Virus record (IMG/VR): IMGVR_UViG_3300020043_002162 | Coordinates: 1-34,880 of that record | Origin: a virus | Lineage: Duplodnaviria; Caudoviricetes | Reading direction: 5' to 3' (one strand) | Length of the DNA stretch: 34,880 nucleotides | Shown: one piece after another, positions 28,801-34,880 of the stretch | How positions within the stretch are numbered: the first letter of the stretch is position 1 | Layout of the letters: every line of letters begins with the position of its first letter | Notes under the pieces: generated by a model | Seen by the model: the letters and a program-made list of their open reading frames with translations, nothing else | Told to the model about the DNA's origin: nothing | Database searches by the model: none | Position numbers and translations under genes: made by a program

Positions 28801-31706
28801 TTTATGGAGATAAGTACATTGAGAAGACTCTTGAGTTCCTTGATACTGCAAACTTAAAGGCTCATGAGAAGGCTCTTCTATATGTATCTCTTGAAAATGA
28901 AATGTTTGACTTGGTTAAAGATAATCCAAGCCTTAAGAAATTACAGGATTTAGTTAGAGCGAAGTCACAACAGTTCTTAAGAGAATCTTCTCTAGCTATT
29001 AATATGGGTAGGTTAAGAGCTATAATGAAGGATGGTTTTAATTACGAGACCATTACTGATCAGTTCTTATCTGTAGAACAATTAAGAGCTAAAAAAGATA
29101 TTGAGAAGGCTATTCAATCTGATGCAAATGCTATTCAGAAAGAGTATGAAGGAATGGTTAGTGAGTCTGATTTAGAACAACTTATATTAAGCGGTGTTGA
29201 GAAACAAATAAACGAGATATATAAGAAACTTCCTACAGCAAGAAGAGTGAAAGCTGATAAGGCCATAACTGCCTTAGAAAATATTCAGAAAAAACTTAAA
29301 GGCAGGGCTTATGATGCCACTATTGGTCTCCCTATAGCTCTTATTGACTCGGGTATAACTGTAATTAAAAACTCTATAAAGGCTGGTGTAAATATAGCCG
29401 ATGCTATTGAACTTGGTATAAACCATATCAAAGAAAAGTATGGTAAGGATTGGGCAAATGAAGATAGATTTAGAGAGGATATGACTCAAGGATTTAAAAC
29501 TGAAGGAATATCTGAAAAAGAAATTAAAGCTAAAGAGCTATCTAATAAGGACATAGTAAATCAGGCTCTAATAGAAGCTGGATTTGGTAAAGAAATTACT
29601 GTTAAAAAAGAAAAACGTAAGGTACTTGACTGGAAGAAACTTGCTGGAGAAGAAGGCAGTGTAGATAAAATAAAGGAAAATGTAGAGAAGATAATTGGTA
29701 AAGAAGCCGCTAATGATTTGGTGGACGAGTATAATAATCTTAGAGCTAGTATAATTGAAAAATCTTTAAACGAACTAGAAAGAAGAAATATACCTAGAAA
29801 GAAGGTAAACTTAAAGACTAGCGCTAAAAAACTTGCTGAACTATATAACTACGGCTTATTTGAGAAAGAATCTGATACATATGACCACTTAATAAATACC
29901 GCTCTTGGTATGAATCAATTAGACCAAGAAAGTTTTAATGAAGCTAAAAAATTAGCTTCAAGTTTAGCTGAATTATTTTCTCAAAAAGATAGTAACGGAA
30001 ATCAATTAAGTCAAGAATATTTAAAACAAGCGGAGAGAGTAATAAACAAGCAAATCGAAAGATTATTAAGTAAGGTGGCTTGGTCTGAATCAAATGGAGC
30101 CTATAAAGCTACTGTAGTCGCTAAAGAGTTTATAGGTCTTGCTCAAAGAAATGCGTTAGTATCTGTAGCTCAGGCTGTTGAGAATACAACATCTGGATAT
30201 ATTTCTAGAGCATTCAAGAAGATTGGGTTTATGTTTGACAATGTAGATACAAAGTCGTTGAAGGAATCAAGAAACAAATTAGCTCAAATGACCTTTAAGG
30301 ATATTACATTAGGTGGAGGTCTTGAATTTGGAGATGTTACATCACCATTTATTACTAAGAGTAAGACTATGGACTTGATAGTAAATGCTAGTGATAGTAA
30401 ATTATACCACGCATTAGCGTCAACTGCACTTGGAAAACCTTTTCTAGAGTCTGCTGATAGTATGCACAAGGCGGCCCTTGCTCAAGGATTCTTTCATTAT
30501 AACCTAATAAAGATACTTAGAAAGAAGGGATACTCTAAAACGGAAGCTAAGAATTATGTTTCTGAACAATTAACTGGACAATCATTTGATGATGCGTTAG
30601 TTACTGCCAAACAAATTATAGATAAAATAAATGAAAGTGCTGGTAAAAAAGTAATTCCAGACTCTAAAGAGAGTATCTATAGATTTGCAAATGATTTAGT
30701 TAATGAAGCTTTAGTTCAAGGAAATAAAATTACACTTGAAGAACTTGAAGCATCTTTGAAGTCTGCTGAAACAGTTGCTGGATTTGAATTAGGTCACGAG
30801 CCAAATAATATCATATCAAAACCATTAAACTTATTTAACTCTTGGGTTCAGACTAGGACAGATAAGGCCGTTAAGGATAAGAAATGGAACGATGCTGCTG
30901 CGTTAACTGCTGCTTCTATAGTTACTACTAATATACTTAACCCTTATATTGGTGGTGGTACTAACTGGACATTATTGGCAGCTCAGAAGGCTGGTATTCC
31001 TACACTAAGTACTATTTATTGGAATATAAAATCAAGAGGAAGTAAGCTTGATTTAAGTACCGAGGAGGGAATGAAGAACCTTGAAAAGGATTTGAAGTAC
31101 CAACTATTAGCCAAGAATGCTAATACAAGAATGTTTATTGGAGCCGCTGTAACATTAGCCGCATTTGCATTAGCTAAAGCAACAGGCGCAGATGATGACT
31201 TGTATGATTGGTTAGAGAAAAATCCTTGGGCAAACAAGTATATGAAGAAGGTAAATCCTCCAGCTGTACAGTTTATGTTGGCTCAAAAAGATAAAAAACT
31301 TGGAGAGTTCTTAGGGCAACAGATGAACATAAAGGCAGATGCATTTGATGAGGGCAAGAAAATTCAACAAGCACTTAAGAATGCTGCATCTGGGAAAACT
31401 CAGAAAGCGCTAGGAGGAGTTGGTCAATTAGCTGGAAGTAGATTATCTACACCAATTATACCTTGGAGAGTAGTAAGGGATGTTCGTGATATCTACAGAG
31501 GATTAAATGGCCTACCAGAGATTAAACACGAGTATAAGGCTAGTGGATTTGCTAGTGGATACTTTCAAGGAGGGATGGTAGAGCAGTTAGGATTAAGGCC
31601 TGAAGATGTGAAGGATACATCTGGAGGAAGGCAGTCATCTGGAAGTAGAAGCGAAAGTGGAAGTCGAGGATCTTCTGGAACTAGAACTCAGAGCGGAAGT
31701 AGATAA
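22809..31706 (+). CDS. Giant internal virion / polyvalent protein (2965 aa) with a zincin-like metallopeptidase domain
   Basis: Uninterrupted 8.9-kb ORF. GRGYYD...IHIN...TVAHEVFH...EEKVAE zincin signature (HEXXH at 26955-26969). Mosaic of globular domains and helical regions; last gene of the virion module. Confidence 0.8.
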   Translation: MPKKVKANGKTFTFEDDVTNEQIGIAIDEYFAGVKKKVATQPTAPKKQLASPTQTQTTPTSSDTEETQPLVESDGLGGPPKMKTFTGFTPEEQQTLQAKPGIKIPKTSELTSKRLKLQNELSKIKVTPKNQDEISRKTDELSSVIFEQDIIKYNRLSEIEQQFKTAKDDEAADIEADKRLNDALTNTGIWNNVKSASIDMYNAVLDQPALRAIGADKLKADTDVLSDEKKEVLKDAAKNKIQLSDIEVEERAKQLYKNKQKDYIETDNLNSFLDNLDESDKNLLKQSRKNLGEHLQENNLKEEKAINAYEVIGNKKIKEYKTIEQELLKYKNNNQPLPKDLYDSYVSLGNEIVGIGNSIQKRQSIINKNKEDLGTVKQEFDLLKRRYGDIDNAVTNIGLGGTKILNGILGFTNYAAKFTGGAQGQIYSLAGQQVTDKINDYISDEESQLRKSVESIESPEGFVNYASDIMSKQIPNLVATSTGIGGLGIIGISSTGEKFTEMNKEVLDGKATYSPLQMAVAPALWGSAEVISEIPTLSILTKGGRVFDSIVKNEGDLIKKTVKEKAKEWAKDWSVDMGKEVAGEEFTNFTQNFTNKYVLGKKDVGLLDNTGTVLKDTFTLTNILKAAPHIAGAILKSHQDNSDLNVLDENSRKIIDFSKQLENESLNDTERSVITKQIEKATAQNSKIIANTIEKVNNMPDDVYRKIIDLNNKVADIKTEAVAINEGNLSNKSELIKSLESDYRSAQTERNALIDAKYEAKPEIVAEEVKPTEEVISPTIELKKGEEFIDTAKDKKGNTYTYVAETTEKDGLKTTKFKFNRSDKSTEQRASTGVDTDKVLDKYGFDISEDEIPEGSEITKIYEIRDGLFNGQRSVVATVLFKDPETGDTFKGEINLTPKVEAKPTKTETKVISPETSSNYGNLTENKEGDFVFFHVGGKGYETIKKSTGGTTATSREEAGALSKVGGVAMYYTKPGDTERMVSGEAKYAVTIPKEKVYDANTDPNNYTEEAKARHEEENPGKAFDANSKLAYITKIAGENGYDMVVSEWMDKTRAQTTKEFAPTDVQLKEGDKIAKPFEEEYIDNTAKGYKSIIPESKEAKLKAVYDAINVEKNKIGKYDKLYKLSTSDLTNVSQEEITKLIEADEDLSQEVKDKYTEALAYEPGKRRTVNIVGKPVDVKNAPEGNHLNIGLLEGRTEKVMTPEDVLSKLPKDIKVISYSEIEGTEPSISVKISRPLTTTEMSNFLEDTKQQAIPQLSNKKGVLYDVERGTSEGWGEFNPELFVTQDGKNLAEVKQTVAKSKLEAFKAKYIDKPVYDRAKLDTQVENAKKSLSKLLPDVKFVVHDTKESFIGVAGKNGRGYYDPATKTIHINALEANARTVAHEVFHSVLLDKVKTDANARDLTKRMVSAISKTLEGNPELKKNLDDFIKNYDENIQSEEKVAELFGYLADGYEGFDAPTKSIIKRAMDRLAKIFGLKPFTEGEIVDMLKTLSGKVATGEEIVAKDVEIFKGGEKVNNPSDGLSKRWSYGNDKVNIEIKYLEQDRVDELIKQGLLIEPENLSELNGKRVVTTSPDDMLVGSIFVNGKEVAVGNGGVYFVTKFGDVWANSNKGVANGLANAINETYDSETGKSYLVLVKGTDAKLVSSPQGVTSSLAVTESMIDAGLFSLSDFRSAVRSAVKSNGGSISLSPNGSAKVLKSEVDNFFKDVTSSTFEKRGNVLRDIVSNLAKSESAKNNKNEIISFLDGDKNKGLGVGKTEKSQSLIDLIAKTSAEKLTKGLNTGDVYAVIEIDGKVKVVQDSHQSYPYHIKIVDENGNVSNKKPVLILPKTRSNGKEILTSLEGKTAKELGTAFSGRVGATANMPYGKGIIMDNPKGRLQETEDYSDMKDIVKDMIDDGMSITEIKKTIDSELGADQVSLAERAYNDLTTVVVTTNDVEAFRDKVKDIPESGKVGKYLSGETIERVEGEAPRNIQETDIMPLIEAGAHGKETVAMAKEVYGDKYIEKTLEFLDTANLKAHEKALLYVSLENEMFDLVKDNPSLKKLQDLVRAKSQQFLRESSLAINMGRLRAIMKDGFNYETITDQFLSVEQLRAKKDIEKAIQSDANAIQKEYEGMVSESDLEQLILSGVEKQINEIYKKLPTARRVKADKAITALENIQKKLKGRAYDATIGLPIALIDSGITVIKNSIKAGVNIADAIELGINHIKEKYGKDWANEDRFREDMTQGFKTEGISEKEIKAKELSNKDIVNQALIEAGFGKEITVKKEKRKVLDWKKLAGEEGSVDKIKENVEKIIGKEAANDLVDEYNNLRASIIEKSLNELERRNIPRKKVNLKTSAKKLAELYNYGLFEKESDTYDHLINTALGMNQLDQESFNEAKKLASSLAELFSQKDSNGNQLSQEYLKQAERVINKQIERLLSKVAWSESNGAYKATVVAKEFIGLAQRNALVSVAQAVENTTSGYISRAFKKIGFMFDNVDTKSLKESRNKLAQMTFKDITLGGGLEFGDVTSPFITKSKTMDLIVNASDSKLYHALASTALGKPFLESADSMHKAALAQGFFHYNLIKILRKKGYSKTEAKNYVSEQLTGQSFDDALVTAKQIIDKINESAGKKVIPDSKESIYRFANDLVNEALVQGNKITLEELEASLKSAETVAGFELGHEPNNIISKPLNLFNSWVQTRTDKAVKDKKWNDAAALTAASIVTTNILNPYIGGGTNWTLLAAQKAGIPTLSTIYWNIKSRGSKLDLSTEEGMKNLEKDLKYQLLAKNANTRMFIGAAVTLAAFALAKATGADDDLYDWLEKNPWANKYMKKVNPPAVQFMLAQKDKKLGEFLGQQMNIKADAFDEGKKIQQALKNAASGKTQKALGGVGQLAGSRLSTPIIPWRVVRDVRDIYRGLNGLPEIKHEYKASGFASGYFQGGMVEQLGLRPEDVKDTSGGRQSSGSRSESGSRGSSGTRTQSGSR

Positions 31707-31707
31707 C

Positions 31708-31745
31708 AAAAAAAAAGCCTCCTTATTACGGGAGGCTTTATCTTT
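31708..31745. terminator. Bidirectional Rho-independent terminator between convergent modules
   Basis: Stem aaagcctcc / ggaggcttt with an A9 tract on the left (U tract for the - strand) and tttatctttt on the right. Confidence 0.88.
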
Positions 31746-31981
31746 TAGTCTATTAAGTCATCAATGTCAACATTATACTCATCAAATAAGCTATTAATGT
31801 GCTCAAATACGACGTGAAGTTCATCATCTCCAGACTCATCAATCTTGTAGCTGCACTTCTTGTAGGCATTATGTTTTAATTCCCACAACAGCATAGCCAT
31901 ATCCTTAGATTTTATGCATCTCTTAAAGTCTTGATTCTCATCAAAGTCGTTTAAGTTCCAAGTAATTACTGCCTTGCTCAT
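31745..31981 (-). CDS. Hypothetical protein (78 aa)
   Basis: ATG overlaps the stop of the upstream gene (ATGA coupling); ends at the terminator. Confidence 0.75.
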   Translation of the reverse strand: MSKAVITWNLNDFDENQDFKRCIKSKDMAMLLWELKHNAYKKCSYKIDESGDDELHVVFEHINSLFDEYNVDIDDLID

Positions 31982-33552
31982 AGTGTGGTATATCTATTAT
32001 TCACTATGTGAATATGTTGCGCCTTACCATTTGGGTAGATAACTACGTTTGTATTCATCCACGAGCTTAGTCCTTTATTATACCCAACCCTAAGATGAGT
32101 TAGCGTTCCAACTGATAGGTGCCCATCAAGTCTTATAGGTGAGTGTGTGTGCCCTGTTATACTCTTTGTATTCATTTGAGCAAACTGAATAGCGCTACCT
32201 CTACTTCCATTGGCTCCTATATGACCATGAACTCCAAGTTCCCAGTCCAATACTCTAAGGCTATCATCGATACCCAAGCAGAACGCATTAGTAACCCCTA
32301 CTTCCTTTAAGTATAATGGAATGACTCCCTTTCCGTCTTTAGACATTGCTAGCATAGTTGCTAACTGAAGATATGCCATCTTATTATTAGATCTTCTCCA
32401 GTCGACATCATTTAACCATCTATCAAGGAATTCATCGTGATTTGAGCGTACTACTCCAAAGTTATACTCTGGATGATTTTCAAAGAACTCAGATAGGTTA
32501 GAAAGTTCGTTAAACAAATCATCTGTTCCATCTTCCTCACGCTTAAGTAGTTGAAATGGTTGGTTACGTTCGTGATGAGAAATGCTATGCCCATTGAACG
32601 CATCGTGCAATATAATCTGATTGCACTTTAGTTTTTTAGCCATATCAAACGACACCTTAAGAGCCTCTTCATTTGTTTCACCCAAGTGAAGATCTCCAAA
32701 CACTATTACCGTTGGCTCACTATGCTTCTCTACAAATCCATCATATACTGTAATTTCTAAATCATAGAACGAACCATTTTCATCAGCAGTAACCTGTCTA
32801 ACGTGGAAGTTATCTCCATCAAGCTCTACCACTACAAATCCTAATGTATGGTGAAACTCACCCTTCTTACCAACCTTTGTGTCGGTGTAGTTCTCTACAG
32901 AAACTGATCCAGTTGTTAGTAGCAGCTTCTGAGGGTAACCATCAAGCACTGGTAACGACTTAAGGTGTACTCTAGGGTGTCCTACAATGCACGATTCAAG
33001 CCCTGTAAGGCCATTAATTCCAGATAATGGTGTAGATGCTGTTGGTTGAATTTTAAGATCTGATAGGATACATAGGTGCTTATGTATCTTATGTCTATTG
33101 GCATCTAGATAAGGTAATACTCTCTCGTGCCAAGAATTCTGAAGCGCATCCTCTTTGTCTTTTAACGACTTACTAGCAGATAATGATATTGGGTTCTTAT
33201 AACGACCAGCAATAATATGTATTGATGCGTCAATATGTTTAGCGTACGCCTCAATATTTGTTAAGAAACTTTCGTTAATATCCGTCTCTGACTGGCACCA
33301 CGATATAATAAATCTCTGCTTTGACTCATCGAATATTTTCTTCTTAGCCTCTTGGAATACGTCAGTTTTCTCAATCTCTATATTGTTAGAGAATTTATTC
33401 TTCTCAAGCCAATGCGATGCCTTCCTTCTTATTTTATCGCTGTATGGTATAGAATGCAATATACAAGCATTTTCACATGATGCCGTTATTGTTTCTCCAC
33501 TTAAAAAAAACTGTAGTATTGAATCTTTAAACTCTTGTGTATACTTTTTCAT
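31978..33552 (-). CDS. A1: Phage T5 A1-like protein (calcineurin-like metallophosphoesterase / putative nuclease)
   Basis: Metallophosphoesterase motifs GDLH, HD, SNHD, HGH and GHTH. Blocks I recall from T5 A1 occur in the same order: RFIIS..Q, PTA..PLSG, TG.....NY...K.G.K.E.HH, F.VRQ....G.FYDL, GVHGH.G.NGSRG, GYN.G.SSW..T....Y.NG. Confidence 0.82.
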   Translation of the reverse strand: MKKYTQEFKDSILQFFLSGETITASCENACILHSIPYSDKIRRKASHWLEKNKFSNNIEIEKTDVFQEAKKKIFDESKQRFIISWCQSETDINESFLTNIEAYAKHIDASIHIIAGRYKNPISLSASKSLKDKEDALQNSWHERVLPYLDANRHKIHKHLCILSDLKIQPTASTPLSGINGLTGLESCIVGHPRVHLKSLPVLDGYPQKLLLTTGSVSVENYTDTKVGKKGEFHHTLGFVVVELDGDNFHVRQVTADENGSFYDLEITVYDGFVEKHSEPTVIVFGDLHLGETNEEALKVSFDMAKKLKCNQIILHDAFNGHSISHHERNQPFQLLKREEDGTDDLFNELSNLSEFFENHPEYNFGVVRSNHDEFLDRWLNDVDWRRSNNKMAYLQLATMLAMSKDGKGVIPLYLKEVGVTNAFCLGIDDSLRVLDWELGVHGHIGANGSRGSAIQFAQMNTKSITGHTHSPIRLDGHLSVGTLTHLRVGYNKGLSSWMNTNVVIYPNGKAQHIHIVNNRYTTL

Positions 33553-33673
33553 ACTTCTTTTTTATTATGTTACGGTAAACATTATTTACAGACTCTTTAT
33601 TACCGCCTCTACGGTATAGGTACTGCATAACTACTAATATTCTCTGAAGAGGTGATTGTTTATGTTCTTTCAT
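33527..33673 (-). CDS. Small basic hypothetical protein (48 aa), missing from the ORF track
   Basis: MKEHKQSPLQRILVVMQYLYRRGGNKESVNNVYRNIIKKKYEKVYTRV; fills the gap and overlaps both neighbours. Confidence 0.6.
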   Translation of the reverse strand: MKEHKQSPLQRILVVMQYLYRRGGNKESVNNVYRNIIKKKYEKVYTRV

Positions 33674-33929
33674 TTAGTTCTATTTGTATTCGTTTTAAAT
33701 AAAGTGATAGGTCAAGTGCCTCTTCAAGTGCGTGAGTTACCCAACCTTTAAGGTCTATATCAGTTCTGTCAAGTGTGGTATTATATTTTTTAATACCTAC
33801 CTGAGATCTTCTCAAAAGATCGTCTCTAACAGCCTCTACTACAAAATCCTTTGGAGGACTAAGTATCTCGTGACCATTAACTATAATATCATTTGTTGTA
33901 TTTGTTGTGTATTTCATATTTTTAATCAT
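33660..33929 (-). CDS. All-alpha NTP pyrophosphohydrolase (MazG-like) small protein
   Basis: R...G.KKY.TTL.R.D....W..HA.EEALD...Y pattern with an EExxD metal-binding helix. Confidence 0.55.
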   Translation of the reverse strand: MIKNMKYTTNTTNDIIVNGHEILSPPKDFVVEAVRDDLLRRSQVGIKKYNTTLDRTDIDLKGWVTHALEEALDLSLYLKRIQIELNERT

Positions 33930-34161
33930 TTAGATTGCCTCTGTTAAAGTGAACTTCTTTTTTAACTTGCTCATTAAATTTTTTCCAAGCCTCGACTTCT
34001 CCAGGAGTTATCCATTGACCCATTTCGTCAAACCAATATTTATTTTGTTTACATTTTTCACATAATAACTCTTCTGTCCTTGGTCCTGTAGATATTATAG
34101 TTCTACATCCATTACAAAGCATAGCTCCTCTACCGTTATTGAATTTATGAATTGGCTCCAT
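33922..34161 (-). CDS. Small Zn-ribbon protein (79 aa)
   Basis: CNGC...CEKC pair after HKFNNGRGAML. Confidence 0.65.
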   Translation of the reverse strand: MEPIHKFNNGRGAMLCNGCRTIISTGPRTEELLCEKCKQNKYWFDEMGQWITPGEVEAWKKFNEQVKKEVHFNRGNLND

Positions 34162-34561
34162 CTTTCTCTGTTATTATTTTATATCCAGTATCGATTCTCT
34201 TGAAGTCTTTAACTATATAGTTTTTAAATCCAAACGAGTCTAACGGCATTCCTCTTGATATATAAGGACCACCGCTTGGATCTACCATATCAATCTCGTT
34301 CTTTAAGCAATCTACCATTGACACGTATTTAAATCCTAAAATGTATTCTTTCTTAATGTCATCGTATTTATGAACAGCGGTTTTAAATTCTTCTATTGTC
34401 AATAAATTACCAATGTCTTTACAATAAGCCTCGTATGCCCTTGAGTAATCATTCGGCATTCCAAACCTACACCACTCGAAGTTACCTTCCCCAAGAATGT
34501 CGTGGTCCTCATCTTCTGTGAAGGTATAAATATCTCCATATCTATTTTTATACTCTCTCAT
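34145..34561 (-). CDS. Hypothetical protein (138 aa)
   Basis: Clean ORF in the overlapping - strand operon; contains NRYGD.Y.F and VDPSGGPYI motifs. Confidence 0.72.
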   Translation of the reverse strand: MREYKNRYGDIYTFTEDEDHDILGEGNFEWCRFGMPNDYSRAYEAYCKDIGNLLTIEEFKTAVHKYDDIKKEYILGFKYVSMVDCLKNEIDMVDPSGGPYISRGMPLDSFGFKNYIVKDFKRIDTGYKIITEKDGANS

Positions 34562-34716
34562 AACTCCTCCTTATTTGATTGTTGAACATCCTTTAGGACA
34601 GCAATAAGAGTAGTGATACTCTTGTTTAATATTGCTACGTCCTTGTCCGCAAGACTTTCATAGATTTCATCTGTTAAGTCATTGATAATCTTCATTGTGT
34701 TATTAATATATTCCAT
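34558..34716 (-). CDS. Small helical hypothetical protein (52 aa), missing from the ORF track
   Basis: MEYINNTMKIINDLTDEIYESLADKDVAILNKSITTLIAVLKDVQQSNKEEL; A-rich leader, and its TGA overlaps the next ATG (ATGA). Confidence 0.68.
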   Translation of the reverse strand: MEYINNTMKIINDLTDEIYESLADKDVAILNKSITTLIAVLKDVQQSNKEEL

Positions 34717-34729
34717 ATCTTTTTTTTAT

Positions 34730-34737
34730 CAAATTTA
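34730..34737 (-). promoter_or_regulatory. Bacteroidota-type -7 promoter box for the - strand operon
   Basis: The reverse complement reads TAAATTTG followed by ataaaaaaaa, 13 nt before the ATG at 34716. Confidence 0.62.
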
Positions 34738-34769
34738 TAAACAAAATTGTTTATTTGTACAAAAAGTTA

Positions 34770-34880
34770 TTAACAATTCATTCTAACAATAGCGCTAATC
34801 CTATCATACACTAGCTCTTCCTTATGGTATGGTATCTTATCCATTAGAGCGTATAACCTATTATTTGTTGGTTTCTTCAT
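34770..34880 (-). CDS. Hypothetical protein, probably the 3' end of a gene cut by the window edge
   Basis: Open frame MKKPTNNRLYALMDKIPYHKEELVYDRISAIVRMNC* runs from the window end. Confidence 0.5.
   Translation of the reverse strand: MKKPTNNRLYALMDKIPYHKEELVYDRISAIVRMNC

Noticed and set aside
1351-31237. Short antisense or alternate-frame ORFs in the track (e.g. 1351, 4241, 4504, 4915, 5498, 6001, 6956, 8861, 10812, 11187, 11429, 13929, 14452, 20471, 22749, 23198, 24344, 25211, 25671, 25687, 26462, 27752, 29274, 30284, 31016)
   Set aside because: They overlap long, well-supported genes and have shadow-ORF composition with no initiation context.
33383-33947. + strand ORFs 33383..33619 and 33732..33947
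   Set aside because: Antisense to a tightly coupled - strand operon; no supporting signals.
1-34880. Stop-codon reassignment as in some crAss-like phages
   Set aside because: Coding density is near complete under the standard code, and TAG (14584, 20536) and TGA (31978, 34558) act as normal stops at gene junctions.
1-34880. tRNA or structured ncRNA genes
   Set aside because: Intergenic gaps are all under about 75 nt and are explained by terminators and promoter boxes; no cloverleaf was seen.

Overview
An AT-rich fragment of a tailed dsDNA phage genome, most likely a podovirus-like phage of a Bacteroidota (Flavobacteria-like) host, with a crAss-like virion gene layout. The + strand (1-31706) is the virion module. 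In order it carries a 5'-truncated repeat-built tail fibre, small accessory genes, a tandem GroES-like co-chaperonin, TerS/TerL, portal, an inserted collagen-like fibre, scaffold and major capsid protein. These are followed by head-tail/ring proteins, a muzzle (tail stabilisation) gene that appears split around an inserted gene, a GNAT acetyltransferase and three putative ejected proteins. The last of these is a 2965-aa polyvalent-type protein with a HEXXH zincin domain and a possible ADP-ribosyltransferase-like domain, but no RNA polymerase motif. A bidirectional terminator separates this module from a convergent - strand operon (31745-34880) that encodes a T5 A1-like metallophosphoesterase/nuclease, a MazG-like NTP pyrophosphatase-like protein and small hypothetical proteins. 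Bacteroidota-type TAnnTTTG promoter boxes recur at module boundaries. I saw no tRNA, CRISPR array, integrase, reverse transcriptase or stop-codon recoding. All family assignments come from motif recognition and synteny, not from database searches.
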